A DNA stretch of 64,000 nt from Amphiscolops sp. MND2022 (lineage: Eukaryota). The notes under the pieces were generated by a model. It saw only the letters and a list, made by a program, of their open reading frames with translations. It was not told the origin of the DNA and ran no database searches. Location of the stretch: contig OZ076409.1 of the NCBI GenBank assembly GCA_964187785.1, positions 33,482,001 through 33,546,000 of the forward strand, read 5' to 3'. A program made the position numbers and the translations under genes. This document shows, piece by piece, positions 12,088 through 25,500 of this stretch. Each line of letters opens with the position of its first letter. The stretch's first letter is position 1.

Positions 12088-15000
12088 TCAATGGTTTCGG
12101 GGGCTCTTTTCGGATGTTCCATCTTTCACCTGTAACAGTTTTGTTTTAAAATCACACCCAGAATTTTTTTGTATATGTAACCCATATCTATTCGGTTGTC
12201 TACTTTCACGGTTTGACCGTCTGCTTCCTTCATTTTCGGTTGTATTGTTTTTAAGTTTTTTCTCACCAGTATTTATTTCACCGTCGGTATGTAGATTGAA
12301 TTCATCCTCGGGGGATGTTGTCACTGGTCGGTAGCAGCCGTCTTTCTCGGAGGTAACGTGATTTTCAAAATCACTCTCATCGTCCTCTATCTCGCCTTCC
12401 TCGCTTTCCGAGTCTGATTCGGTTCTTTGATTTGGAACGATTTTACTTTCCGTTGAGTACGTCTCGCAGTACCTCGTTCCATTGTATATATTTACCATCG
12501 ACTCCTCTGAGGCAATGGCGCTTTTTGGGGGTGATGATGTTTCCAATTTTCGGTACTGCTTTCCTTTCTTTCTGAAATACAGTTGGACCCCGTATAAATT
12601 TTCGGTGTCGGTGGTTACAGTATGTTCCGTACCATTTACTGCAGTTTGTAGTTTTTACTGGAATCTACCTTCCAATGATTTTTCGTTATGGTTCTTTTCA
12701 AAGAATTGAAAAGGATATATACCAACCGAACTTTTCTTCTTCGGAGATTTTTCGGCTAGTGCTTTTTCTTCACTCTTGGTCCGGGCCATAATGATGTGAT
12801 TTGAAACTTCTCCATCACCATTTCTGGTTATATAGATGGGGATTTTCGGTCTATCTCTTTTCGGCCACACGGCTAAAACAGGTAGTTCCGACCAGTTAGA
12901 AAGGAGTGATCTTCCATTTTTGATCACGTTCGTTAATTCGGTTCTTGGTTTCCGACCGTGATGTAGTTCAAATGGCGTCATTTCCATCCCCGTATGTATT
13001 GTAAAACGCATCACATTCAATGCTCTATTTACAAATTCGGTTAGACATATGTTTTCTTCTAGGTTAGTAATGATCAAATTCTTCAATGTCTGTATTACTC
13101 GTTCTACTGCTCCCATACCGGTATGAGTTCTCGGTTTACTATATTCAATTTCTTTATTTTATGACTCACAAAATTCTTTGTATCCTTTCGAGATGAACGC
13201 TCCGCCTTTATCCGTTTTTATTTTCTCCGGTAGTCCGTATAAGTTGAAATTTCGATTTAGAAAGTTTAGAATTTCTTTGGTTTCCTCTGATATACAGATT
13301 TTTGCCGTCGGCCATTTGCTAAATCTGTCTACCGCAATTAGAATTTGGTATTCTCCTTTTAGTTTCTCATTAGTTAGTTTTCCGGAAAAATCAATTTGAA
13401 TTTCTTGTCCCGGCTCCGTTAATGTTTTTAGTTTTCCGAATTCGCGTTTCGGTATTTGGTATTTCAAATTCTTACCGGATGCTATGAATGCCACACAGTT
13501 TTTTGCTTTTTCTTCGATCTCCTTTTGCATGTTTGGCCACCAAAAGATTTTGACTTCCGCTGCCATCTTTGAAGATCCGGCGTGTCCGAAGTGTAGTGTT
13601 TCCAATAATTTCTTTCTCAATTCATTTGCCACTATTACTCGGTCATCATTGAAGGTTAGTCCCCACTTGTTTCTCAATTTTTCAAATGTTGTTCGGTTTG
13701 CTTCCGGAGACGTGTTTTTCGCGTTTTTTCTCATTGCGTTCCTGACTCTATCCAGTTCCGCGTCGGTGGCTGATTTGGCTATCAGCGTTTTTAGGTCGAG
13801 CATGAAGTTGAATTTGGCCTTTTTGATTGTTTCTTCGCTTTCAGATCAACAATTGGAAAGTTGTCGTCCCGGTTTATCTGGCTTTCGCCCTCACTTTCTG
13901 CTTCGGCTTCTTCGATTGTCTCCGGTTGTTGCGGTTCTTGATCCTCCTCTTCTACTTGTTCTTCTAATGGTTGGTACCCTCCTCCGAAAACATTGGCCCG
14001 TGTTAGTAGTTCGCTGTCTATTTTCTTCTGCTTCTTTTGTTTGGCCTTGAGGGGACCCATATTTGTCTTTGGGCATTCATGTCGAACTTTCTTTGCATCG
14101 TTCCGGTTCGGGAGATTTCTAGACATCTCTCTAGCAGTCTGAGTGTTTCCGAGCTTTTTCTCCTTTTTCTGACAATCTCCATTATTTCGGCAGTTGCGCC
14201 CCAAAGGAAGCAATCCCGGCCCAATTCGGTCTTAAATAGAGGTATACTTTGTAATGAATTTTGATTTGAATTTGAGTTTTGATTCCATTTTCGGATTGGA
14301 CTTTCCGTTTTAGCTTTTCGTCGTCGATTCTAGTTTGTGAGTTTCGCTTGTTCGTGTTTTTTGTTCACGTCTCGGTTCTTCTCGAATGTCTTATTCCGCT
14401 GTGATTGGTCGTTAAAGTTAGTTCCGGTCGTTTTTATTCTTTCCGTCGCGTTTTGTGACTGGTCGGCGAATATTGGTCCAAATTTTCCATTCAATTCGGC
14501 TTGTTCTGAGAGGATGTTAATTACGTGTTGCTCATCGTATACGTCTTCGGTCGTTGCTTTTTTTTTTACCAGATTTCTACTTAGAAAGTCGGTAAACTTT
14601 AAATTACTTCCTGCGATGTGTTGAATAGCTATATCAAAGTGTGCGAGGCGGTCTAACCATCTAGTTAATCTCGCGCTATATTGTCTATTACATCGGTTCC
14701 TTTTAATCAAAGGTTCAAGCGCTTGGTGGTCTGTGTAAAGAAAAACTTTCTTCCCGTGTAGACAAAATCGGAAATTTTCTAAACCCCAGACGCCCGCCAG
14801 AAATTCTAGTTCTCCGATTGAATAATTTTTTTCGCTGTCGTTCAAGTATCTGCTACCGAATGCTATCGGTTTGATTTTCCCATCTGATTGTTTTTGCCAT
14901 AATGTAATTGCGAGTCCGGCTTGGCTTGCGTCGGTTGACACTATGTTTTCTCTATCTTTTGAGTAGTGTGCCAAGCAAGGTTCTTCGGTAAGCATCTTCT

Positions 15001-18000
15001 TCATGTTATTAAAATCTTCATCTCGTTGCTTTCCCCAATTCCATGTGGAATCTTTCTTCGGAAGTCTTCGAAGCCTTTCCGTCTTTTCCGATAGTCTCGA
15101 TAAAATTTTGCCAGATATTAAATTGCGCCGAGAAATGATTTCAGTTGTTTTTGGTTATCCGGGTGTTTTAATTCCAGAATTGCTTTTACTTTTTCTTTGT
15201 TTGGTTTGATTCCCGTTTCGTCAATTTCGTGCCCCAGCCATTTGGTTCTGTTCAGGAAGAATTCGGACTTTCTTTCACTTGCTCGGTATCCTGCATTCTC
15301 CAATTTTCCCAATATATCGAATAGTTTCTTTTCGTGTTCTTTTCGGTCACCCCGTGTTACCACTATAATGTCATCCAGCCATGCCAGTGTGGAGTACTCT
15401 AATGTTCGGTTGATTTTTTCTGGGAATTTTGTGGGGAGATCGGCGAGACCGTAGAATAACTTTTTGAATCTGTAATATCCACTAAAATTTCCTCCCGTTA
15501 TTGCAAATACGCATTGTCGGCTTGTCTCTTTTGATAATTTCATTTGGCCCTATGCGTAATCGAGGGCGATCTTCGATATCATCAAATCTTTTGTTCGGTC
15601 TCTTGTAATTTCCACCGAAATTTGGTTTAGCAGTTCTTCCACGTTCGGCATGTGTAATCGGATTTTTATACAGCTGTCATTTAGCTTTCTCGAGTCCAAT
15701 GCTATTTTTACCGACTTGTCATTTTTTACTGTAATTACTACCGGTGAAACAAAACAATCTTCATCTACGTGTTTTACTTTTTCCAAGTGTCCGGTTTTCA
15801 TCAATTTTTCTAGTTCTTTCCCGACTTCTTCTTGTAGATGTAATGGAATCGGTCTTCCTTTCTGTTTTATCGGATAGTATCCCGGTTTTAGTTGGATAAA
15901 TATTTCGGTATATTTTAACGTGGTGTTGTTCTTGAATAAGTCCGGAAACTTCTCGATTACTCGTCTCTTTTCTGATTGGCTGGTATCTTCCAATCGGATT
16001 TTTCCGATTGTCAAGTTAAATTTCTTCATCCAGTCCATTCCGAGCAATGGTGTAATATCAATTCTTTCGGTAATTTTTCTGTTCATTGTTCTCGTATTCG
16101 ATGTTTGCCGGTATTTTTCCTCGAAATTCCACTTCATTTTTGTTTACATCTTGATACCGTTGTTTAACTTTTTGTGTCTCGGGTTGTTTCATTATTTTCT
16201 CATCTACGGGCATTATTGAAATCGTTGATCCGGTGTCCACTATAAACTCCGTTTCGATACCGTTTATTTCTATCACGGCTCTCAGACATTTGTTTCTGTC
16301 AGTAATTCTGTTTATTTTTTCAATTCTGTGTATGCATGTTTCTGATTCGTCGAATTCTCCGCCAATCGCCTCTGATTCGTCTTCGGTTACATTGCGTTTT
16401 TGGCGTTTGTAGTTTTGTCTGCATACCCGTGCGAAATGTCCTTTCTTTCCGCAGTTGTTGCAACGTTTTCCCAATGCCGGGCATTTGGGATTCCAGCTCG
16501 GTTCATTGGAATTTGCAGTTTCTCATTTGTATATTTATTCTTCGGTCTTGTCTCGGATCGTTCCATTCCTTGTATCGGCTCTTCTTTTATTACTTTTTCT
16601 ATGTGTGAAATCAGAGCTTCCGGTATGGTGTTTCTTCTGGTCTTTCTCTCGTACGTGTTTTGTTTGATCATTTCAATTGTTTTCTTCAGTTCCAGCTTCT
16701 TCTCTTTCATTAATTTGTCCCGAAGTTTCGTATCCGTATTGCGGTCATAAGTTTTAAAATCAACAAATCTTTGTCTGTTATTCCTTCAAATGCGCATTCT
16801 TTTTCCATTTCTATGAGTCTCCGCCAGAAGTACTCCGGTGTTTCGGATTCGGTATGTCTTGTCCAGAAGAATTCTCCGCGGTTATGGTAAGTGTTCCATT
16901 TCGGTAAAAAAAACCGTTGAATAGTCGGATAAGGTCTTTTACCGCTATTTTGTCAGGTTCTGTTTTGTACTCCGCTCGTGTCATTTGATACAGTGCTTCG
17001 GGGCCGATCCCCCATATGAAGTCTTCTTGAATTTCAGCTTCTTTTCCGGACCAACCGGTTTGTGTTATTTCGGCTCCCCGTATTAATTCGGTGATGTCCA
17101 TTTTGTGTTTTTTCTTGGTATATTGCCGAAATCTTTCGAGCCAGTCTTTCGGAGTGAAAATTCTTTTCCCGTTTGATGTGGTTTAGAAATTCGGAACTTC
17201 GATTTTGCTTTCTTCTGTCATTTTCTTTGTTGTAAATGGAATTTCTCCGATTGGCTGGTATCTTCCAATCGGATTTTTCCGATTGTCAAGTTAAATTTCT
17301 TCATCCAGTCCATTCCGAGCAATGGTGTAATATCAACTCTTTTGGTAAATTTTCTGTTCTTTGTTCTCGTATTCGATGTTTGCCGGTATTTTTCCTCGAA
17401 ATTCCACTTCGTGTTTGTTTACATCTTGATACCGTTGTTTAACTTTTTGTATCTCGGTTTGTTTCATTATTTTCTCATCTACGGGCAGTTTGAAATCGGT
17501 GATCCGGTGTCCACTATAAACTCATTTTCGATACCGTTTATTTCTATCACGGCTCTCAGGCATTTGTGTTTCTGTCAGTAATTCTGTTTCTTTTTTCAAT
17601 TCTGTGTATGCTTGTTTCTGATTCGTCGAATTCTCCGCCAATCGCCTCTGATTCGTCTTCGGTTACATTGCGTACTTTGCGTTTGTAGTTTTCTCTTTGT
17701 CTGCATACCCGTGCGAAATGTCCTTTCTTTCCGCAGTTGTTGCAAAGTTTTCCCAATGCCGGGCATTTGTGAGTGGGATTCCAGTTCGGTTCATTACAGA
17801 ATTTGCATAGTTTCTCATTTGTATATTTATTCTTCGGTCTTGTCTCGGATCGTTCCATTCTTTGTATCGGCTCTTCTTTTATTTCGTTTTCTATGTGTGA
17901 AATCAGAGCTTCCGGTATGGTGTTTCTTCTGGTCTTTCTCTCGTACGTGTTTTGTTTGATCATTTCAATTGTTTTCTTCAGTTCCAGCTTCTTGTCTTTC

Positions 18001-18530
18001 ATTAATTTGTCCCGAAATTTCGTATCCGTATTGCGGTCATAAAATTTGAAATCAACAAATCTTCGTCTGTTATTCCTTCAAATGCGCATTCTTTTTCTAC
18101 TTCTATGAGTCTCCGCCAGAAGTCCTCCGGTGTTTCGGATTCGATATGTCTTGTCCAGAAGAATTCTCCGCGGTTATGGTAAGTGTTCCATTTCGGTAAG
18201 AAAAACTCGTTGAACAGTCGGATAAGGTCTTTTACCGCTATTTTGTCAGGTTCTGTTTTGTACTCCGCTCGTGTCATTTGATACAGTGCTTCGGGGCCGA
18301 TCCCCCATATGAAGTCTTCTTGAATTTCAGCTTCTTTTCCGGACCAACCGGTTTGTGTTATTTCGGCTCCCCGTATTAATTCGGTGATGTCTATTTTGTG
18401 TTTTTTCTTGGTATATTGCCGAAATCTTTCGAGCCAGTGTTTCGGAGTGAAAATTCTTTTCCCGTCTGATGTGGTTTAGAAATTCGGAACTTCGATTTTG
18501 CTTTCTTCTGTCATTTTCTTTGTTGGAAAT
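12088..18530 (-). pseudogene. Gypsy gag-pol, frameshifted, order gag-PR-RT-RH-IN
   Basis: Gag CNNCGKKGHFARVC; protease FIVDTGS; RT LAWLDDII; RNase H TDAS..ELE..TDH..DFLSR; integrase HFGHAG/WWP, IQIDFSG, TDKGGAF, GAVERV. Confidence 0.95.
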
Positions 18531-18535
18531 GGAAT
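15974..18535. repeat. Internal tandem duplication (~1275 bp) of the gag-protease segment
   Basis: gattggctggtatcttccaatcgg occurs at 15974 and 17249; the gag ORFs are duplicated. Confidence 0.95.
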
Positions 18536-20146
18536 TCTTGGGTAGTTCAGATTGCTGACTGCGCCATGTTCTATTTCTTGGTTCGATAAGAAAACAATGT
18601 GGATTTTGTTAAAAGTATCTTTAAACGCAAAAGCAAAATCAAAGCGATCTTCTTTCTATCCTGATTGGTAACACAAATGATATATCTTTAGTACGAAAGA
18701 TTTAGCACTATGTTTACAAATATGTATAAACATAAATCTCATTTGGTCTGTAAAATTCTAAAGAAACATCTGAGTTTGATTGACGTTGTTACCAAGAGAT
18801 CGGTTCGGTATTATACCGTATAACACTGTTAGTACTGCAAAATCAGAGAGACGAAGGCATCATGATCATTCTACATCCGTCTTTGTCAAGGCTATGTCCG
18901 TCTTTGCATGATCATGGCCCATGAATAGATTCTCTTTAAAAAGATTTCAAATATTAATGAAAACTATTTATAATAGAGTATTGGACGCCAAAAACACTAA
19001 AACAAAAAAACTTTGGTCAAAGTATTTCACCTGACGTATTATTGGGTTCAACAATAATTACAATGTCATTACAAATATCGGCTTCCTTCCGCTTTTACTA
19101 ATTCTGCCGAAGGAATAATTCTTTCTCTCGGGTGATTTTGTTCTATTTGTTGGTTTCATTTTTTCGCGACAAGTAAATGCGGAAAAAACAGGCGTGATCC
19201 ATGTTAAATTCACGTTTTATCTGACCAAAACCACCGTCTAATTAACTTTAAAAGCGTTAAGTGAAAGTCTAACAAAATTGTCATTTTCTAAGGTCGTACA
19301 TAATTATAAATAGCTTAAGAGCTAACTATACAACAAACAACTTGCATTTCTAGAATGAATTTTTTACCAAATGTCAATGAAAACGTCATATAACACTGAT
19401 ATCAGATCCGAGACTTGAAAAGCAAACCGAAGCAAGCCGCTTGAGGCTCAAGAAAGTCTTGTACGCTCAAGGACAATTATCGAGAAACTTTCTTACAGTA
19501 CCGAAAATACTCGAAAGGGGCCTTTTGAGACTCGAAAAATGCTTTACCTTAATTGGAAACATTTAAAAAAAACGAAAAAACAAAACGTGTGGAAAAGTTG
19601 GAAAATTTTATGAATGTGGTCAGCTTAAAAACGTAAATGAATCGAGGTTCTTGGATAACTAGAAAAACTTGACAACAATTAAATCACACTTAACATTTCA
19701 AAAACTGGCAGGTTTGTCAATCAATGAGCCAGGTTCTACTGTTTTAAAATTACATCCAGGACAAGGATAATACTTTAAGTCTTCGGCTATATGTCGTTGA
19801 ATACTGAAGCTATGGAATTTTGAAAATACCCTGAATGAGCTTGGTCGATATTCATCGAAGCCAGCATCTTCATGTTCTCTTCACAACTTGGGGGGTGCTG
19901 TCGCGCATACCAAAGAGTTGAATGTTTCCTCACCATCGTGGTCAGATGGTGGTTTGTTTTGTTTGTTTTGAAGAAATTCCCGACTCTTACAGTGGCTAGT
20001 TTTTTTCGTCAGTTCAACGCGATCGGTCCACTTTCTTGTTCATTTGTTCAACATCAGCAACTTCAACTGCGGACCTCCAAAACATACTCGAACCGCCAGA
20101 ACGTCGTCCAAAACAAAACATCGACCTCCAGAACCTCGATAACATA

Positions 20147-20498
20147 GGATCCCCCCTTTGGTGTTTTTCACTCGGATTTTTTCGGCATTATGCTACTTTT
20201 TTGAAGCTTTTTGGATTCCACCAAAGGGTCTCCCCTACAATTTTTTAAATATTTTGCAACACAATGGATGTCAAAAAATCCCAAAAGGTCCCCCCTTTTA
20301 CAATTTTCGGCGCTGTGACACTGTTCAAAAATCTCAATTTTAGAATTTTTTTGAATTTTTTTAATGTTTCCAAAGATCCCCTCTTCATTTTTTTTTGAAA
20401 TTTTGCAATCAAATGGAGTTTCACAAAGTCCAAAGGGTCCCCCTTTTACAATTTTGAGCCTCAGATATACCGCCTACTTTGGCCGTTCCCGGCTTGTT
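20147..20498 (+). mobile_element. Dispersed non-autonomous repeat, Helentron/DINE-1-like, family A
   Basis: aaagggtcccccttttacaat blocks; end gagcct.agatata.cgcc.actttggccgttcccggcttgtt is shared with copies at 33084, 52380 and (inverted) 44211. Confidence 0.6.
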
Positions 20499-21540
20499 TA
20501 ATGTTAAATCTACATGCTGAGTAGTTTGTTCTTGTCTGGCCGAATGCGATTGAATTCTTGAAAAAAATTGAAAGCTTTTCTTCCAGTTGAATAAAAATTT
20601 AGATATAAATATATTTGGAGGTAATCAGAGCAAATTAAAGAAAAATTGTGTCATAAACTAACTCAGTAGTTTTTCGAAATAGACCCTGGGTGTGGAGATA
20701 CATCATTAATTTTTTTTCAGGTAACTTGGAGTCTGAATTTAAAACAGGGCCCAATTTAGAAAAAATGTAGATCTCTGTTAGACTACTTCTTTTGACTGAA
20801 AAACTGCTAGACCAAAAAAGACGTCAGCCTTTGATTTTTTAAAAGTCTATGGTGACAAGGCTTTGACAAAGAGCTGACGCAAATTACAGAAAAAAATTTG
20901 TTCAGTTTCAAGTCGTCAATGCTTTGGAAAATTATCAAAGACTTGGAAATTCAATAAGGTTCGTCTTTGACAACATCCTTTACACTTAATTCTTTCTCCT
21001 ACATTAGATCCATCTAATCTAAAAATTCTGGGTCTTTGAAGCAGCTTTTTCAAGACACTAATCTCTAATAAAAATTAGCTGCGCTTTGTTAAATTAGGTA
21101 TCCAGTTGCATTTATGTTTGACTGCTGCACTAAAATGAATGCTTCAAACACAACTGACATCAATGTACATCTTTAAGAAGTTAATCTTAACACGATTTCA
21201 GATATGCAATTGGACTTCCTCGCAGTGTTTCTGTATTTCATGGAAATTAGTTTCGAAGAAAAAACTAAAGTGGAATTTTTAGTATATTTGAAATTTTACA
21301 GAGGAAGCTGCATGCGAAATGAATCTTTCAGGCAATCAGTACGACACTTATCACGAACCATGTGTTCAACACCTCCCCCCCCCTCCCTCTTGAATAGAAA
21401 TTTTAACTGATAAGGTATCCCAGTGTAAAAACTATTGCAACTTTTGATAAGAATCTTGGATATTCCTGGATTTCTGGGTAAGAATCTTGCCAAGCTTCTT
21501 ACAAAGAAATCCACGAATTTGTAAGAACTTGCAAGATTGT

Positions 21541-21880
21541 TGTCGGAACGGGTCTCATGTCCAATTGAGACCGTGTTAAGGTTGTTCCCTTCTCTATTGC
21601 TAGAGGATGCCTTATCGTTGGAGGATATTTTCTCAGTCAACGCGATAACCAAGCTTGTTAACTCGCTAATCTGCTTGTTCATTTCATTGAACCGTTGGTT
21701 TACAGTGTGATGTTCTGATTCATTCCTGTAGTCTAGCAAATTTCCGTCGTCGAACTCGTTCATTTGTTCTCTCGTAAGAACTTCAGGAACACTACTTTCA
21801 CTTTCAGCGTCGCTATATCTATCTGTTCCGTTCATATTCGGATGAGTATTCTTGGCTGTTCTGGATCTAGTATTGACCAT
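21541..21880 (-). CDS. Gag-like N-terminal ORF inside the LTR (MVNTRSRT..., ~113 codons)
   Basis: Open from the ATG at 21880 to the LTR end; AATAAA on the minus strand at ~21905; coiled-coil RFNEMNKQISELTSLVIALTEKI. Confidence 0.55.
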
Positions 21881-22571
21881 GAAGGAGAGTGTAAGAGTTT
21901 AAGTTTTATTGATTGTTGAGTGTAATGAGTAAGAAATGTCGAAAATTGTGAAATCAAGATACTGATGTGGTAAGCAACTGCACGTAGTAACTTTACAAAA
22001 TCTACTGGTTGCACTATATTGTCTGGTGTCAATTATGGCGACGTTTGTCATGTGACTACATCAACCAATCATATTACTGCGTCCATTCACCCCTTGGTTT
22101 GTAATTGCGCATTTTCGGTTTGGTTTCGTTAAAGCACAGGAACAAAACGCAATTGCGTTGCTATGGTTACATGACTCAATACTTGGTATTATGATGTGGT
22201 TACACTACTAGCATCATATGAGTGAATGGTTACTATATGTATATTGATCACAGGGCTAATAAATTGAAGCGAAAATCTAATGATGGTGTATCATCCACAT
22301 TACTTTAACAGCCAACTAAAATGTCGTGAATTTGGTTCACAGGGTATATGTAGCAAATGTATGAAATATGGGTAAATAGAACAAGGTTATTTGGGGATCG
22401 AATAAAAATGATGCGTTTGGCAAATTGGAGTTCAAGTGTTATGATGTGGTTTAGTTCACCACATCCTTCTTCATCAATATTCGTTCGCTGTTTGTCGGTT
22501 TATTTTCCGTCATTTGTATGTAGGATGGTTATCCACATCATTGTTTGTATTTTCATGCATCAGGCAAGACA
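21541..22571 (-). mobile_element. Solo LTR, 1031 bp
   Basis: TGTC...GACA ends; TSD ATTGT at 21536-21540 and 22572-22576; the empty site is visible in the MITE copy at ~53525. Confidence 0.9.
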
Positions 22572-25500
22572 ATTGTGCCAAGAAATTCAAGAGATGAACT
22601 GACAAAAGTGAATGAAAACAAACAAAAACCGACGCCAACTGGAGCTTGAATCCGCGTACCTATCATGTCGCAGCTTTTCGCGCTACCAACCAAGCTATCA
22701 CGTTCTGAATTGCACTACTTTGTGTTGTCCTAAATCCAATACTTGAAAGAATGATAGTGTAACTGGTAGTTCGAACAACAGCAAAATACTTGTAAACAAA
22801 ATTGATGTGTTTGTTTTACAACTAATTCATTCTCTTGACACTCTTGATAAGACTCTTACCAAGAGTCCTATCAAGAATTACAGGAGGTTTGTGTGAAGCA
22901 AGAATAAACAAGATCTTATCAAGACTTTCAAGAGTAAACGGGATTATGTAAGAATATGCAAGATCTTGGCAACGTTATCAAGAGTTTTTACACAGGAATA
23001 TTATGTGAATGCAAATTCTTACAGGGTTATCTCTAAAACTGTTTTGACACTTCAGGCGAAAAGTGCACTCTAACTTTTCGATTTTACTATCCAAAATAAC
23101 AGAAATTCAAGCTTGGAACAAGCTAAAATTATATAAATTGGCCCCTATTTTAACGCAAATTTTCTCACAATAAAAAAATGTAATGAGCAACTTTCAATTT
23201 ACAGTCAATGTAATGGATAGGATTATGCCGACATCAATTACTTTCTTGGACCAAACTTCCACCGCCAACAGTGTCGACAAAATGGTATTTGAACCTTGCG
23301 TCTCACTTCCCGCCTTCGGTCGCTTGGGGGGATTGAAAGAATGGTCCCTTATCACACATATATAAGAAGAAGGATACTTATCTCATTTGCTGACTTTCAT
23401 TCAAACGTGCGTGTTACAGGTTGAAACCGCTACCGACATAGTATCTACCAGTGATTCTCGGTTGGCTGCAATTGTGTGCAATCCAAGTTAGGTCCCAATA
23501 TTATATAGCCAAAAAAAACTATGTGATTTCAGTGGAACTAAAAAAGTTTGGGCGAGAATTCGTCGCAAGCGACAATTCGTCCCAAGCGCATTTCGTCCCA
23601 AGCGACAATTCGTCCCAAATTCCAAAAAGCGACAATTCGTCCCAAACGTCAATTCGTCCCATCATTTGTAAAAAGCGACAATTCGTCCTAAATTGTTTAA
23701 TTGATCAGCTAATTACCAACCTTCAGAAGGTTGAAATGAAAGAAATAATCAGATCAACTACAAATGAGTTCATTTAAGCACGTGACAACAATTAGAAATT
23801 GTTGCATTTTAACGTACTAGTCGTAGAATGTTAAAATTAATTGTTGGTACCTGTCTCTAATTGTAATCTTTCCGGAATGGTTACTATATGTATATTGATC
23901 ACAGGGCTAATAAAATTGAAGCGAAAATCTAATGATGGTGTATCATCCACATTACTTTCACAGCCAGCTAAAAAGTCGTGAATTTGGTTCACAGGTTATA
24001 TGTAGCAAAAGTATGAAATATGGGTAAATAGAACAAGGTTATTTGGGGATCGAATAAAAATGATGCGTTTGACAAATTGGAGTTCAAGTGTTATGATGTG
24101 GTTTAGTTCACCACATCCTTCTTCATCAATATTCGTTCGCTGTTTGTCGGTTTATTTTCCGTCATTTGTATGTAGGATGGTTATCCACATCATTGTTTGT
24201 ATTTTCATGCATCAGGCATGACAATCGTGCCAAGAAATTCAAGAGATGAACTGACAAAAGTGAGTGAAAACAAACAAAAACCGACGCCAACTGGATCTTG
24301 AATCCGCGTACCTATCATGTCGCAGCTTTTCGCGCTACCAACCAAGCTATCACGTTCTGAATTGCACTACTTTGTGTTGTCCTAAATCCAATACTTGAAA
24401 GAATGATAGTGTAACTGGTAGTTCGAACAACAGCAAAATACTTGTAAACAAAATTGATGTGTTTGTTTTACAACTAATTCATTCTCTTGACACTCTTGAT
24501 AAGACTCTTACCAAGAGTCCTATCAAGAATTACAGGAGGTTTGTGTGAAGCAAGAACAAACAAGATCTTATCAAGACTTTCAAGAGTAAACGGGATTATG
24601 TAAGAATATGCAAGATCTTGGCAACGTTATCAAGAGTTTTTACACAGGGATATTATGTGAATGCAAATTCTTACAGGGTTATCTCTAAAACTGTTTTGAC
24701 ACTTCAGGCGAAAAGTGCACTCTAACTTTTCGATTTTACTATCCAAATAAACAGAAATTCACGCTTGGAACAAGCTAAAATTATATAAATTGGCCCCTAT
24801 TTTAACGCAAATTTTCTCACAATAAAAAAATGTAATGAGCAACTTTCAATTTACAGTCAATGTAATGGATAGGATTATGCCGACATCAATTACTTTCTTG
24901 GACCAAACTTCCACCGCCAACAGTGTCGACAAAATGGTATTTGAACCTTGCGTCTCACTTCCCGCCTTCGGTCGCTTGGGGGGATTGAAAGAATGGTCCC
25001 TTATCACACATATATAAGAAGAAGGATACTTATCTCATTTGCTGACTTTCATTCAAACGTGCGTGTTACAGGTTGAAACCGCTACCGACATAGTATCTAC
25101 CAGTGATTCTCGGTTGGCTGCAATTGTTTGCAATCCAAGTTAGGTCACTAAATTATATAGCCAAAAAAACTATGTGATTTCAGTGGAACTAAAAAAGTTT
25201 GGGCGACAATTCGTCGCAAGCGACAATTCGTCCCAAGCGCATTTCGTCCCAAGCGACAATTCGTCCCAAATTCCAAAAAGCGACAATTCGTCCCAAGCGT
25301 CAATTCGTCCCATCATTTGTAAAAAGCGACAATTCGTCCTAAATTGTTTAATTGATCAGCTAATTACCAACCTTCAGAAGGTTGAAATGAAAGAAATAAT
25401 CAGATCAACTACAAATGAGTTCATTTAAGCACGTGACAACAATTAGAAAATGTTGCATTTTAACGTACTAGTCGTAGAATGTTGAAATCAATTGTTGGTA

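Larger units (their letters stand above)
11743..18825 (-). mobile_element. Full-length decayed Ty3/Gypsy LTR retrotransposon
   Basis: LTRs 11743-12002 and 18567-18825; TSD CTGTT on both sides; PBS TGGCGCAGTCAG (tRNA-Ser-like) at ~18555-18566; PPT AGAAGGGAGGAAA at 12003-12015. Confidence 0.97.
21419..22997. mobile_element. CCC-ended EnSpm/CACTA-type MITE interrupted by a solo LTR
   Basis: TIR cccagtgtaaaaac...gtttttacacagg(g); 2-bp TSD AT; ~543 bp once the LTR is removed; matches the reverse complement of 53111-53649. Confidence 0.85.

Noticed and set aside
13178..18042. Plus-strand ORFs over the Gypsy element
   Set aside because: Antisense shadows of the pol frame.
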